In this document: positions 51,377 to 62,180 of the stretch, piece after piece | How positions within the stretch are numbered: the stretch's first letter is position 1 | Layout: each line of letters opens with the position of its first letter | The notes under the pieces: generated by a model | Told to the model about the DNA's origin: nothing | Seen by the model: the letters and a program-made list of their open reading frames with translations, nothing else | The model's database searches: none | Assembly (NCBI RefSeq): GCF_004010195.1 | Contig: NC_057711.1 | Location: forward strand, 145,353,369 to 145,417,368 | Source of the DNA: Chiloscyllium plagiosum | Taxonomy: Eukaryota | DNA length: 64,000 nucleotides | Reading direction: 5' to 3' | Program-made: the position numbers and the translations under genes

Positions 51377-52075
51377 CTACAAGTCAGCGTCCCAGGGAGT
51401 TGACGTGGATCGGCTGGACACTGGTAAATCTATCACTGTGACTGGGTTGGTAATGCCAGTGGGATATCTGCTGGCGGGATAGGCTGGGGCCGTCGGGTAA
51501 TAAGTTTTGTTCGCCGGGCTGTGTCTTTCCAACAGCTTGCCGAAGCTAAACATCAAGTGGATGCCGGCGATGGTGATCAGGCTACCGCCGACGAAGCCGA
51601 GCACCACCGCGTAGCCAACATTGAGGTCGGTGCCCCCCACGGTGTTGGGGATCTGCCGAAGGAGGTGGGTGTACCAGGAGACAGGAATCAGGGTCAGGAT
51701 CCCTCCGAGCACCAGGATGATGCCCCCGACCCCTGCCACCCTGTAGTGGGGGATGTCAGTCCAGCAGCGCACCCCGAAGGTAGTGACCAGGATCCCGGCC
51801 GCAGACACCACCAAGGAGGCGATCATGAGACCTCGGGCGATGGCCAGCACTGGGTCGTTGAAGTAGGAATCGTCGGCGAGTCCGCAGGTCAGCTCCCGCA
51901 CCGACTGCTCGTCCTTGCAGATCTCCCAGAGCCCCTGGTGGTGCACCTCATCCAGAGCCCCGTTGGGAATCCCCGACACGTCCCTCCAGGCTGGAGCGGC
52001 CAGGCAGGTTATGACCAGCACGTAGCCGGCCGGTGAAAGCACCAGCCCCAGGATCATCACCGCCGGGGTCCGCAT
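51377..52075 (-). CDS. cldn23: claudin-23-like, single coding exon, 232 aa
   Basis: Four TM helices, ECL1 W...GLW..C...C claudin signature; N-terminus MRTPAVMILGLVL and C-terminus WDADL resemble CLDN23 (MRTPVVM.../...DSDL). Confidence 0.88.
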   Translation of the reverse strand: MRTPAVMILGLVLSPAGYVLVITCLAAPAWRDVSGIPNGALDEVHHQGLWEICKDEQSVRELTCGLADDSYFNDPVLAIARGLMIASLVVSAAGILVTTFGVRCWTDIPHYRVAGVGGIILVLGGILTLIPVSWYTHLLRQIPNTVGGTDLNVGYAVVLGFVGGSLITIAGIHLMFSFGKLLERHSPANKTYYPTAPAYPASRYPTGITNPVTVIDLPVSSRSTSTPWDADL

Positions 52076-52170
52076 CCTGACACAGCCGCTGCTGCTGAAC
52101 TGACCACAGCAGCCGCTCGCTCATCGCTCCACCGAGGCGCAGGGCGAGGCTGTCCTCTCACGTTACACCG

Positions 52171-52251
52171 AAACCAGAAAGACTGGTTTTCTCTATATAT
52201 ATAAAAAAACCACTCAGTGACCTCATTTCCAACCCTTCTGCACCCGCCCCC
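52171..52251 (-). promoter_or_regulatory. claudin core promoter (TATA-like box, GC box, GRHL-like site)
   Basis: TATATATATAG at about 52193-52203, roughly 120 nt upstream of the ATG; GGGGCGGG at about 52243-52250; AAACCAGTC at 52181-52189. Confidence 0.55.
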
Positions 52252-52334
52252 GGAGCTCCAGGAGATTGCAATCACAACACGCCGATGAGAGCCACACAAC
52301 GTGTTTAAATATTTACAAACAAAAAAAAACCCAA

Positions 52335-52490
52335 ACATTGCTGGAAAAGCCCAGCGGGGTCTGGCAGCGTCTGTGGAGAGAAATCAGAGCTAACGTTTCG
52401 GCTCAAGTGACCCCCCTTCCCTCACAACTTTTTCCATCATTTTCTGTTTTTGTTTCTGACTTAAAGCATCCGCGGTTCTTACAAAATGTT
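52335..52490 (-). mobile_element. Penelope-derived short element, family 3
   Basis: Minus strand ...gaaggggggtcacttgagccGAAACGTTagc; related decayed copies near 39075, 42945, 43360, 53300 and 55245. Confidence 0.6.
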
Positions 52491-52562
52491 TGAAGAACAG
52501 TTCTGAGGAAATTAAAAGTCACACAACACCAGGTTATATAGTCCAACAGGTTTAATCGGAAG

Positions 52563-52595
52563 CACTAGCTTTCGGAGCGCCGCTCCTTCATCAGG
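52563..52595 (-). ncRNA. minimal hammerhead ribozyme motif in a family-2 element (52512-52595)
   Basis: CUGAUGA-A-GGAGC-GGC-GCUCC-GAAA-GC-UA-GUG. Confidence 0.7.
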
Positions 52596-53382
52596 ACAAC
52601 AACCTGCTGTTCTTTGTTTTATTTTAATGTTTAAAAACGTGCGAGTAATTGGCGGGGGGGGGGGGGCAACCTGTTTGTTTTTCTTTTGGGAGGTCGGAGG
52701 GCAGATCGAAACCAAATTGTGTTGCAAAGAAAAACCGGAATGCAATGCAAGGGTCCCTGTCAAACAGGTTCCTGCCCGAGTTTCGACCAACTCCGGCTCC
52801 CAGATGTCATCAACCGCATTCCTACATTGTTGGTATGTGCAGAGGAATGAGAAATACTGCACCGAGCGGTTCGGTTAAGACGTTTTTATTCAGCTGAGAA
52901 GATTTCAGAACGCAGAATCTAAGGAGCTTGTGTGGTTTTAAACAGTTAAGTGGGGGGGGGGGGGAAGCTACCCGGTCTCATCAGAGACAGAAAGAGCATT
53001 AACTTTTCTGGTGAATACAAGCCGTTCAGTATTTAAATCGATGGGAAAATATTGAGAGATCGGCCCTGGGGCAGAAGCAAATTGTTCAGTTATTAAGTTA
53101 TTCTTTAACTACTTCCAGCGCTGACAAAAAGTCACTTGTCTGACTTTTTAACTTCCTGAAAGTGTTGCGTATTTCCAGCGTTTTGGAAGTAATTTTTAAT
53201 TTTATTCCCGCTTTTCTGCACTAAGGCTTCCCCCTGTGTTCTGAATCTTGGGCTAAATGGTAAAAGGGACGATAGCCCAAATAAGAGAATAGGGAACAAA
53301 AACAGAAATTGCTGGAGGAAGTCAGCAGGTCTGGCAGCGTCTGTGGAGAGAAGCCAGTTAGTTTACTGTCTACTGTTCTCCA

Positions 53383-53727
53383 GTTTCCTCATTCCCCCAC
53401 CTTGTCTCAGTCCTAACTCTCGAACTCAGCACCACCTTCCTAACCTGCAATCTTCTTCCTGACCTCTCCGCCCCCACCCCCACTCCCGCCTATCACCCTC
53501 ACCTTAACCTCCTTCCACCTGTCGCATTTCCAACGCCCCTCCCCCAAGTCCCTCCTCCCTACCTTTTATCTTAGACCGCTTGGCGCACTCTCCTCATTCC
53601 TGAAGAAGGGCTCATGCCTGAAATGTCGATTCTCCTGCGCCTTGGATGCTGCCTGACCTGCTGCACTTTTCCAGCAACACATTTTCAGCTCTGATCTCCA
53701 GCATCTGCAGTCCTCACTTTCTCCTAG
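53383..53727 (+). mobile_element. Penelope-like element 3' UTR / pseudo-LTR
   Basis: C-rich UTR, then attcCTGAAGAagggctcatgcctGAAAtgtcgatt and the family-1 tail. Confidence 0.75.
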
Positions 53728-53744
53728 AAATTAGTATAGCCAAT

Positions 53745-55160
53745 TGCAAATTAAGCAACACTATTGCCTATCATGGCTACTACCAACAAGCTCTGACATA
53801 ACCATGGAGTACTTTGAAAGGTTGGACATGGTCCATGTCAACCCTAGCCTCCCAGCCTGACTTGATCCCCTGCAATTTGACCTACACTCATCACTGGAAC
53901 ATCTGGATGACAAGGACAACTATGTCAGGCTCCTACTTATCGACTTCAGCTCTGCCTTCAAAACCATAATACCCACCAGACTAATCTCAAAACTCTGAGA
54001 CCTAGGTCTTGGTTCTGCCCTCTGCAACTGGGCCCTCGCTTCCTGACTCATTCACTGTAATCAGTGAAGATAAACAACAGCAAATCCTCCATGATAATCC
54101 TCAGCATTAGCGCCCTGTAAGGGTGCGTACTCAGCCCTGTATTGTATTCGATGTATGCCCACGACTGCATAGCCAAATTCCATATGAATGCCATCTCCAA
54201 GCCAAATTCTGTACGAACGCCATCTCCAAGTTTGCTGACGACACCACCATTGTAGACCGATATCAAACAATCCTGATGAAGGGCTTTTGCCCGAAACGTC
54301 GATTTTGCCTGTCCTCGGATGCTGCCTGAATTGCTGTGCTCTTCCAGCACCACTGATCCGATATCAAACAATGATGAGCCAGAATGCAGGAAGGAGATAG
54401 AGTGCTTGGTGTCATGGTGCAATAATAACAATATTGGCAAAACAAAAGAACAGATTGTTGACTTCCGGAAGAAAGGAGAGGGACACACCCCAATTTACAT
54501 CAATGGAGCTGAGGTTGAGAGTGTCAAGTTCCTAGGATTGACGATAAACAACAATCTGTCCTGGATCTCCCACGTGGTTGCAATGGTCAAGATGGCACAA
54601 TAACATCTCTTCTTTCTCAGGCAGCTTGGGAAATTCAGCATGTTCACAGGGACTCTCACCAACTTCTACAAATGCATCATAGAAAACAATCTATCTGCGT
54701 ACATCATGGTTTGGTACGGCAAGTGCTGTGCTCAGGACCAAAACTACAGAAGGTTGTGTACACAGTCCAGACCACCCATCTATGGACTCCATTTACACTT
54801 CATGTTGCAGTGGAAAGGCTGCCAACATCATCAAAGACCCCACTCATCCCACTAATACTCTCTTCCAACCTCTTCCATTTGGGGAAAAGATACAGAAGCT
54901 TGAACACGTGCCCCAACAGATTCAAAAACAGTTTCTTCCCTGCTGTTATTAGACTGCTGAAAGGGACCTCAATAGTTTCAAATTTAACGTTGATCTTGCT
55001 TTGTGCACCTCTTGTACTGCTTGTAACCTTGTATACCTCACTCAATCTAAACACCCTATGATCTGTATGTCCTTGTTTGCTATGATCTGCTTCTACTGCT
55101 CACAAAACAAAAAAAATTCACTATACTTAGGTACATTTCTTAACAATAAATCAAATCAAA
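53745..55160 (+). mobile_element. Rex1/Babar LINE ORF and 3' fragment
   Basis: LDPLQF.Y, DFSSAF.TI, KFADDTTI and RFKNSFFPAVIRLL motifs; caaat tail. Confidence 0.9.
54269..54304 (+). ncRNA. minimal hammerhead ribozyme motif at the start of an 86-bp insert (54272-54357, 15-bp TSD)
   Basis: AAUC-CUGAUGA-A-GGGC-UUUU-GCCC-GAAA-CG-UC-GAUU; TSD ccgatatcaaacaat at 54257-54271 and 54358-54372. Confidence 0.75.
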
Positions 55161-56614
55161 TATTACTGCATTGTTAGTATTACTAGTACTGGATCAAACA
55201 GAAATGGGTGAACAACTGGTAGCTGAGTAAAGTGAAATAATGCAGATGTTGGAAATCTAAAATGGAAATAAAGAATGCTGAAAGCATTCAAGAGGGCCCA
55301 GAAGCATTCGTGGAGAGAGAAATAGAGTTATCAAACTGAAATTTTAATTCTTGCCGAACTTCAGAATCTCCTTCCTCATCGGGCCTAACCTTAAGACAAA
55401 TATTTTCTGACACTTGGATTATACATTGTATTTTCCCTAACTAACCATTATTGGCAAAATCAGGCTACAAGTGCAGTGAGACCCATCTCAATGTCTGGAA
55501 CAACTTTGCCATCCCTTACACTTTTCACAAGTGTCTTTCTCCACCCAAGCCTCCAAAATTTACTTTGCAAATGGCAGGATGTTGTTCTGCTCCTTATGAG
55601 ACAAATCAAAATTCCATATTAACATTATGTAATTAGCATATCCTCCTTACATTATTGATTATGTAATTATCAGCTTTTCCCTCATTGATTGTATCATTTG
55701 TTATCTCACTAACAGGAAATTTAATCTGTGAAGCAGGGTTTCTGCAATATATTGGATTCACTAAATAATTAGGATATATGGCACAGAAATATGCAATTCG
55801 GCCCAAACAGTTTATGGAAAGTCCTCATGCTGCACAGGCACCACATAGCATCACAAACAACCAAAGGATTTTGGAGGAATTCCTGATTTTGCATCTCTAA
55901 AAGTTAAAGTAGTCTAAATATTATGGCATCAGATGATGTGATCTAAAGAGTTTTAGATGGTATACTTTGGAGGTAATGTTTGAACTCTTTGATGTTGCTA
56001 AAGCTACTGCTCCCACTCTAGTTCTACTCCTTGTAGCATCTATTATTTCCAGTTTTAATACTAGAAGTAACAAATTAAACAGCAAGGTAGAATCTTCCCA
56101 GCCTGTGAATGAGTGGAGCATGATGAGAGAATTGAGAAAATCAGGGAGCACGTTCAGGAAGGACCTTCTTGACATCAAGAGCAAAAAGTCCCATTTTCCA
56201 ACCAAATGTTGAACAGTGAAAGGGGATTCTTGCGAGTGAGTAGCATGGATTATCACTCACCAACAGCCTCATTATTATTTGATTTCACTTCATTAATGTG
56301 TAGCCTCCCATCCTACCATCCACTATAGGAAAACTAGATCGTGAGAATACCAGGTGGATACCATTCACTGCTTGCTCCTCTCGAGTTCTATCATGGATAT
56401 CCAGCATTAATGTCCCAGGGCATGCTCCCAAGCAGCAGAAATATGCACCCCACTTTCATGGACACTGGTATCTAACAAGTGTCAGCCTTCATGGCACATC
56501 TCCAATTCACTGCACAACACTGCTGCATTTCAGTGTTACACTTTGGAATGCGCCAGCAGCTTTCATTAAGATGCTGTTGCATGGACAGATTTTGTGCAGG
56601 GACAGGCAGCCAGC

Positions 56615-56900
56615 TAATGGATTGGCTGGGTCTGGGTGGGTTGCTCTTCGGAGGGTCGGTGTGGATTTGTTGGGCCGAAGGGCCTGTTTCCACACTGTAA
56701 GTAATCTAATCTAGTCAGCCTCTCCCCATAGTTCAACCCCAGCAACATCCATGTAAATCTTTTCTGAACCTTTCAAGTTTCACATTCTTTTCTAAACCCT
56801 TTCAATTGGAGGGAGACCAGAATTGCACACAACATTCCAAAAGTCGCCTAACCAATGTCCTGTACAGCCGCAACATGACCTCCCAACTCCTATACTCATT
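56615..56900. mobile_element. HE1 SINE 3' half (+) abutting a CR1 fragment (-)
   Basis: gggtgggttgctcttcggagggtcgg...taatcta, then reverse-strand CR1 motifs. Confidence 0.7.
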
Positions 56901-57310
56901 ACTGTCGACAGTACTACAGATATGGTCTCTCGATAGCAGAACCTCCCTACCATTCAATTCTCCTCACTAAAAATAATGACATTCTAAATCATTTTTCTAA
57001 TTACTCACTGTACCCGCATACTAACCTTCTGTATTTCAGAGCTCTGCAATCTCTCAACATTTAGATAATATGCTTCTTTTTCACTCTTCCTCCAAAAAGG
57101 ACAATTTCACATTTTCCTACATTGTGCTCATTTTTCCATGTCTTTCTACACTCATTTAACCTATCTATATCATCTTTTGGTAGCTTCCTTAAATCCTTTT
57201 CAAAACTTACTTTCCTATCTATCGTCAGCAAATTTGCAAATCCTTGTGTCCCTTCATAAATAGTATTTTTCCTAGTACAAATTTCTGCAGCAGACCACTC
57301 ATTACATCTT

Positions 57311-57488
57311 CGGAGAAAACAGAGTCAAAAATGTAACGCTGGAAAAGCACAGCAGGTCAGGCAGCATCGAAGGAGCAGGACAGTCAACGTTTTGGGCACA
57401 TTCATTAAAGGTTTATGCCCAAAACATTGACTCTCCTGTTCCTCAGATGCGACCTGACCTGCTATGTTTTTCCGGCACCACACTTTGT
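57311..57488. mobile_element. Penelope-derived inverted-repeat element, 13-bp TSD
   Basis: ctcattacatctt at 57298-57310 and 57489-57501; a further half copy at about 57514-57603. Confidence 0.8.
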
Positions 57489-59575
57489 CTCATTACATCT
57501 TGCCAACCTGAAAAACAGAGTCAATAATGTGTGGCACTGGAAAACAGACAGAAGGTCAAACAGCATCTGAGGAACAAGAGAGCCAATGTTTTGGGCATAA
57601 TCCACCTGAAATACAACCATTTGTACCTACGCTCTGCTTCCCGTTAGCCAGCTATGGCAGTGTGCTAACCCTGACACCCTGAGCATTAACTTTCCACAAT
57701 AACCTTTGATGTGGCACCTTGTCAAATAACATGGAAATCTAAGCAAAGTATATCCACCATTTTCATTTATCAATTTTCCTGCTATCAATATTCCCACATA
57801 ATTGTGAGCTGAAGTGAACCTATCTAAAGGATTTAGCCTATATTTTAGGTTGGTCAGATAATTATTTCTGCAGGATAGATGGGAGTTGTGAATTGGGACC
57901 CTGTGCAAGCCTAAACATAGCAGACATCAAAAGAATTCCCTGGGAAATTGAAGATTCCCATGGGCAATTCTCTAACCCCACAACTCCCTGAAAGTATCAA
58001 TTTAAGTCAGAGAATTTGAGGGGTTACACTGCAGTTAAGTAAATGTGCAGGAAAAGTCAGGCTATTCAAATTTTTTTTTAACTTCTGAGGAACAATTCAA
58101 TTTACTCCCCAACTTACATCACACACCTCCAATTACTCTTCTTGCTGATTACTGACATTCCCAGATCCTGACCCAACCTTGGATACAACACACACTGCCA
58201 CCAAACTGAACACCCGTTACATACCTCCCTCTTTTCACCCAGTGACCCTTTCTTAATACCAGATACAAAATCGTCTCTCTTCCCTTGGACTTGAAACCCC
58301 TTCATCACCAGAACAGGCATGCTAAACACTCATTACTTAACCTTTCCCACCTTGTGCCCTGGCGGCCTACCCTCTATCATATTGCACCTGCTTATCTGGC
58401 ACCCTTCTCTCTACCCATTTGGCATCCTATCCATCTGACATTGGCACCATACCCTTACAACTTTATCTTGCATACCTATCCTTTCACAAGAGCTATCAAT
58501 GTGGTTATTTCTGATGCTGGATGTTGAAATCACAAAATATGACAACTCGTGCTGCGAAAAACAGGGTGTGATTTGATTTCCCCCAATTATTGTGCCATAC
58601 AAGAAATCTGTCAGATTTAAAGTGTAGCTCTGCATTTCTGAAGGAGCCCTGGTTGGAATGTCGTGTGGGAATTGCAGCACTATTTCTTAATATTAAAACT
58701 AGGAACAAAATGGCAACCTGAGTGTGATTTCCACTCTTCAGAAAGGACATCCAGAATATTCATTCAGGGTTGGAAAGGGTTCCAACATGAAAATTGCATA
58801 CATACAATTATGAGTGGGAACAGGATAAAATCAATGGCAAGGGTTTGCTGCAGGAGCAGAAAACCAATAGCTTTGGACTGCCCAATGTTAAGGGAGATAA
58901 TGCTCATCCAGGAAGATGCACATGTGGAAAATCAGTTTGAGAGACTTGGTAGAAGAACATCTCTTTAGAGTACGTGTGACCCCTGACGTTCACGAGATGT
59001 TGCAGATGATAACATGTAGGTGAACAAGTTGCAGGGGGTTGAGGATCACCAGGATAGATCCTCGAGGAAGTCCAGAAATAAGGTACAGCATGGACAGAAG
59101 CCATTACAACAGAATCTCTGGCTAAATCTGAATAGAAACTAAATGAGGGACAATGCTACCAATTCATATCTTGTGAGAAAAGAGACAACAATTTTGGAAG
59201 CAACAGCATCTTTAAGAAATTTGGAAAGGAAAGCAACCTCTTTGTTACCTGTAAAGTTACTTATTCCAAAGTTGCTGGCCAATCTCATATTCTGTACCCA
59301 CCATAAACTTTAGCTCTTCAAAAAACTCTTCTACTTCTCTGGAATGAGATATGAAATTTCATCTTTCTGATTCAGAAGTGAGAGGTCTGACACTTCAGAC
59401 AACAATACCTATTAAATGTTTTATCTGGCACATACAAACTACTCTCTGTGTAAAAAACGTTGTTTCTTATGTCCATTTTAAAAGTTCCTCCTCTTACCTT
59501 AAAAGTATACCCGCTAGTTTTGAACACCCCCACCACAGTGAAAAGACCCTTACTACTCGTCTTATCTATGCCCCT

Positions 59576-59810
59576 GTTTAAAACAGAGTGGTGCTGGAAA
59601 AGCACAGTAGATCAGGCAGCATCCGAGGAGCAGGAAAATCGACATTTCTGGCAAAAGCCCTTCATCAGGAATAGGCTATATTCCTGATGAAGGGCTTTTG
59701 TCCGAAACGTCGATTTTCCTGCTCCTCGGATTCTGCCTGATCTGCTGTGCTTTTCCAGCACCACTCTGATCTAAACTCTGGTTTCCAGCATCTGCAACCT
59801 TCACTTTTGC
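59576..59810. mobile_element. Penelope-derived palindromic element with a hammerhead on each strand, 15-bp TSD, inside a reverse-strand CR1
   Basis: cttatctatgcccct at 59561-59575 and 59811-59825; about 90-bp inverted arms. Confidence 0.88.
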
Positions 59811-60326
59811 CTTATCTATGCCCCTCGTGACTTTATAAATTTCCATAAGGTCACCCCTCAACTTCCTATGCTCCAGTTAAAAAAGGCCCAGCCTATTTTT
59901 ATAACTCAGACCTTCCATTCCATCCAATCTTTTCTGAATCGTCTCCAATTTAATAATATCCTTCCTATAGCAAAGTGAATATTTGATGATGTGACAAAAG
60001 TTTTGTTCCGAGCCAAGGAGTTTAAGGAGGTAACTCCTGAGCCAAGGGCTTATACAACAGCTGTCCACCTTGGAGCAAAGGCAGAGCAATACTAACCTAT
60101 CCTCTAGATTATGCATTTCATCTTTCACTGCAAGGTCACTATTTACCACAGCATGCAAAGTGTTTGAAATCCTTTTATTTAGAGCATTGTGAAAGAATAA
60201 TTTTTAAAATCAATATGCAGTAAAATTTTTAATGATTAGAATAAAGTTTACATAAACACACAGCTAACAAAAATCCATAGTTTTAATATTCCTTCCCTGA
60301 ACTCATAAAAAGGGATAAGTATAACA

Positions 60327-60635
60327 TGGGATGGCACAGTGGCTTAGTGCTTAGCACTGCTGCCTCACAGTGGTAGGGACTCGGGTTCAATTCCACCCCT
60401 GGGTGACTGTCTGTATGGAGTTTGCTCATTCTCCCTGTGTCTGCATGGCTTTCCTCCGGGTTTCTTCAGTTTCCTCCCACAGTCCAAAGAGAGCAGGTAA
60501 GGGAGGTTGCCATGCTAAATCACCAACTATTTCTAGGGATGTACAGGCTAGGTGAATTAGCCATGGGAAAGCAGGGTTGCAAGAATAGGTTAAGAGGATC
60601 GGTGGGGACTTGATGGGCCTACTTTCACACTGTAA
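60327..60635 (+). mobile_element. HE1-type V-SINE
   Basis: ggcacagtggcttagtg head, gggttcaattcc, V-domain. Confidence 0.8.
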
Positions 60636-61707
60636 TTCGGTGATAAGAAAATGAAAAAAAATGAAATTGATACGAGGACTGTGGGATGTGCAATATTGAG
60701 ATATCAGGTATCATCTACAGCCTGCTCCCTTTGCAAATGTTCTCCACGATAACTTCGATAAGCTCCCAGGTGAGTACTCCCTCGCTGGGTGCAGCCTGAG
60801 TCTCACTTGACCTCCACTCTTGGCCCACTCCCTACACATACAGTTCTTCCCTGGTGTCGACTGCAGCCCGAGTTCTCTTGTGACTGATTCCCTTGATGTT
60901 ACGTCCTCAATCTGGTGTTGTTTCTGAAGTCTAAGCAATGTCCTTCAGCCTGACAAAAAAAAACACGGCATCCACAGTTTGTGAACTGGAATCCACTCTC
61001 ATCACCAGCTGTTGTATTTGTGGTTCATTAGAACCAGAAATTGAACATGAGGTAGACAACGGGTAAACTTGAGCAGGGAATATTTTATTTTGCATCCTTT
61101 CCGCTTCACAGTCAGCCTCTAGCTCCTGCCTCTGGGTCACCTGTCCTGCTCTCTCACAAGGGCAACACAAACCCAACTACATCCACAACAAAGCCATTGC
61201 TTCATTTCCTTCACTGAGAATCATCTGTTAATTCCCTGAAATCTCCCTTGGTTTATAGCGACAGCAATTTTTTTTTTGGCACATCCTAACCTGTTGCCAA
61301 ACATCAGCTGGGCTCCAATATGATGAGGTTCAGGAGGCATTAAGCAGGAGCCAGTGCCAAGAGGCAATGAAGACAGAGAACGAAAGAAAAGATTACCATG
61401 TCGTAGAGGGTGTGATTTCCCTCTCACTGAAGATGTGAAGGTGGCAAGAAGAGGAAATAATGGAATGAGCTGATTCTGGAGAAAAACCCACCACCTCTCC
61501 TCCATCTTTTGTTCTGGGCAAGTAAGTCCATAGGTGACTTTCTGAACTTATCACCAATAAAGGCCTTTAAGCAGCCGACTAATGACCACTTAAGATTCTC
61601 ATCTCACCAGCCCCTGATCACCTGCTTCGACAGGCAGCAAGGATGGCTGGTTTCCTGACTGGAAACAGGGCAACCTGGTCTGCCAGTGCCGGGGTTTGAG
61701 ACTTTCG

Positions 61708-62180
61708 GTTGCCCCAGTCCACCATCTACAAAGCACAAGCCAGGTCTGTGATGAAATACTCCTCACTTGATTTGCACCACATCCACCAGCATCCAGTTAC
61801 CGCACCACCAATGCTCAGTAGCAGCAGTGCGTACTATCTACTGCATGCACTGCAGAAATTCACCAAAGTACCTTACTACCTTCCAAACCCACGACCATTT
61901 CCATCTAGAAGGACAACGGCAGCAGATATTTGGAAACACCACCATCTGCAGGTTCTGCTCCAATCCACTCACCATTCTGACTTGAAATATATTGCCGTTC
62001 CTTCACTGTTGCTGGGTCAAAAATCCTGGAATTCCCTCCCGAATGGCATTGCAGCTTAACCTACAGCACATGGACTCTGCAGCATTTCAAGAAGGTAACT
62101 CGCCACCCCTCTCTCAAGGGTAAGTAGGGTCAGGCAATAAATTCTGGCCATCCAATGATGCCCACTTGCCATGAGTGAAT
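61708..62180 (+). mobile_element. CR1/L2-group LINE 3' end
   Basis: STIYKAQ.RSVM.YS and KSWNSLPN motifs; ggcaataaa..ctggcc tail. Confidence 0.75.

Larger units (their letters stand above)
51380..53250. promoter_or_regulatory. CpG island over the claudin gene and upstream region
   Basis: Abundant CpG against a strongly CpG-depleted background; boundaries approximate. Confidence 0.7.

Noticed and set aside
51521-52036. 171-aa + strand ORF
   Set aside because: Antisense shadow of the GC-rich claudin CDS; no recognisable domain.
58660-59100. Possible Harbinger transposase remnant (FIQGWKGFQH)
   Set aside because: Similarity is too weak to support by eye; needs blastx.
49270-59810. Inverted-repeat inserts read as MITEs or DNA transposons
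   Set aside because: TSDs vary from 13 to 16 bp, arms are unequal, single-arm copies exist and hammerhead cores are present, which fits Penelope-type retrotransposition better.
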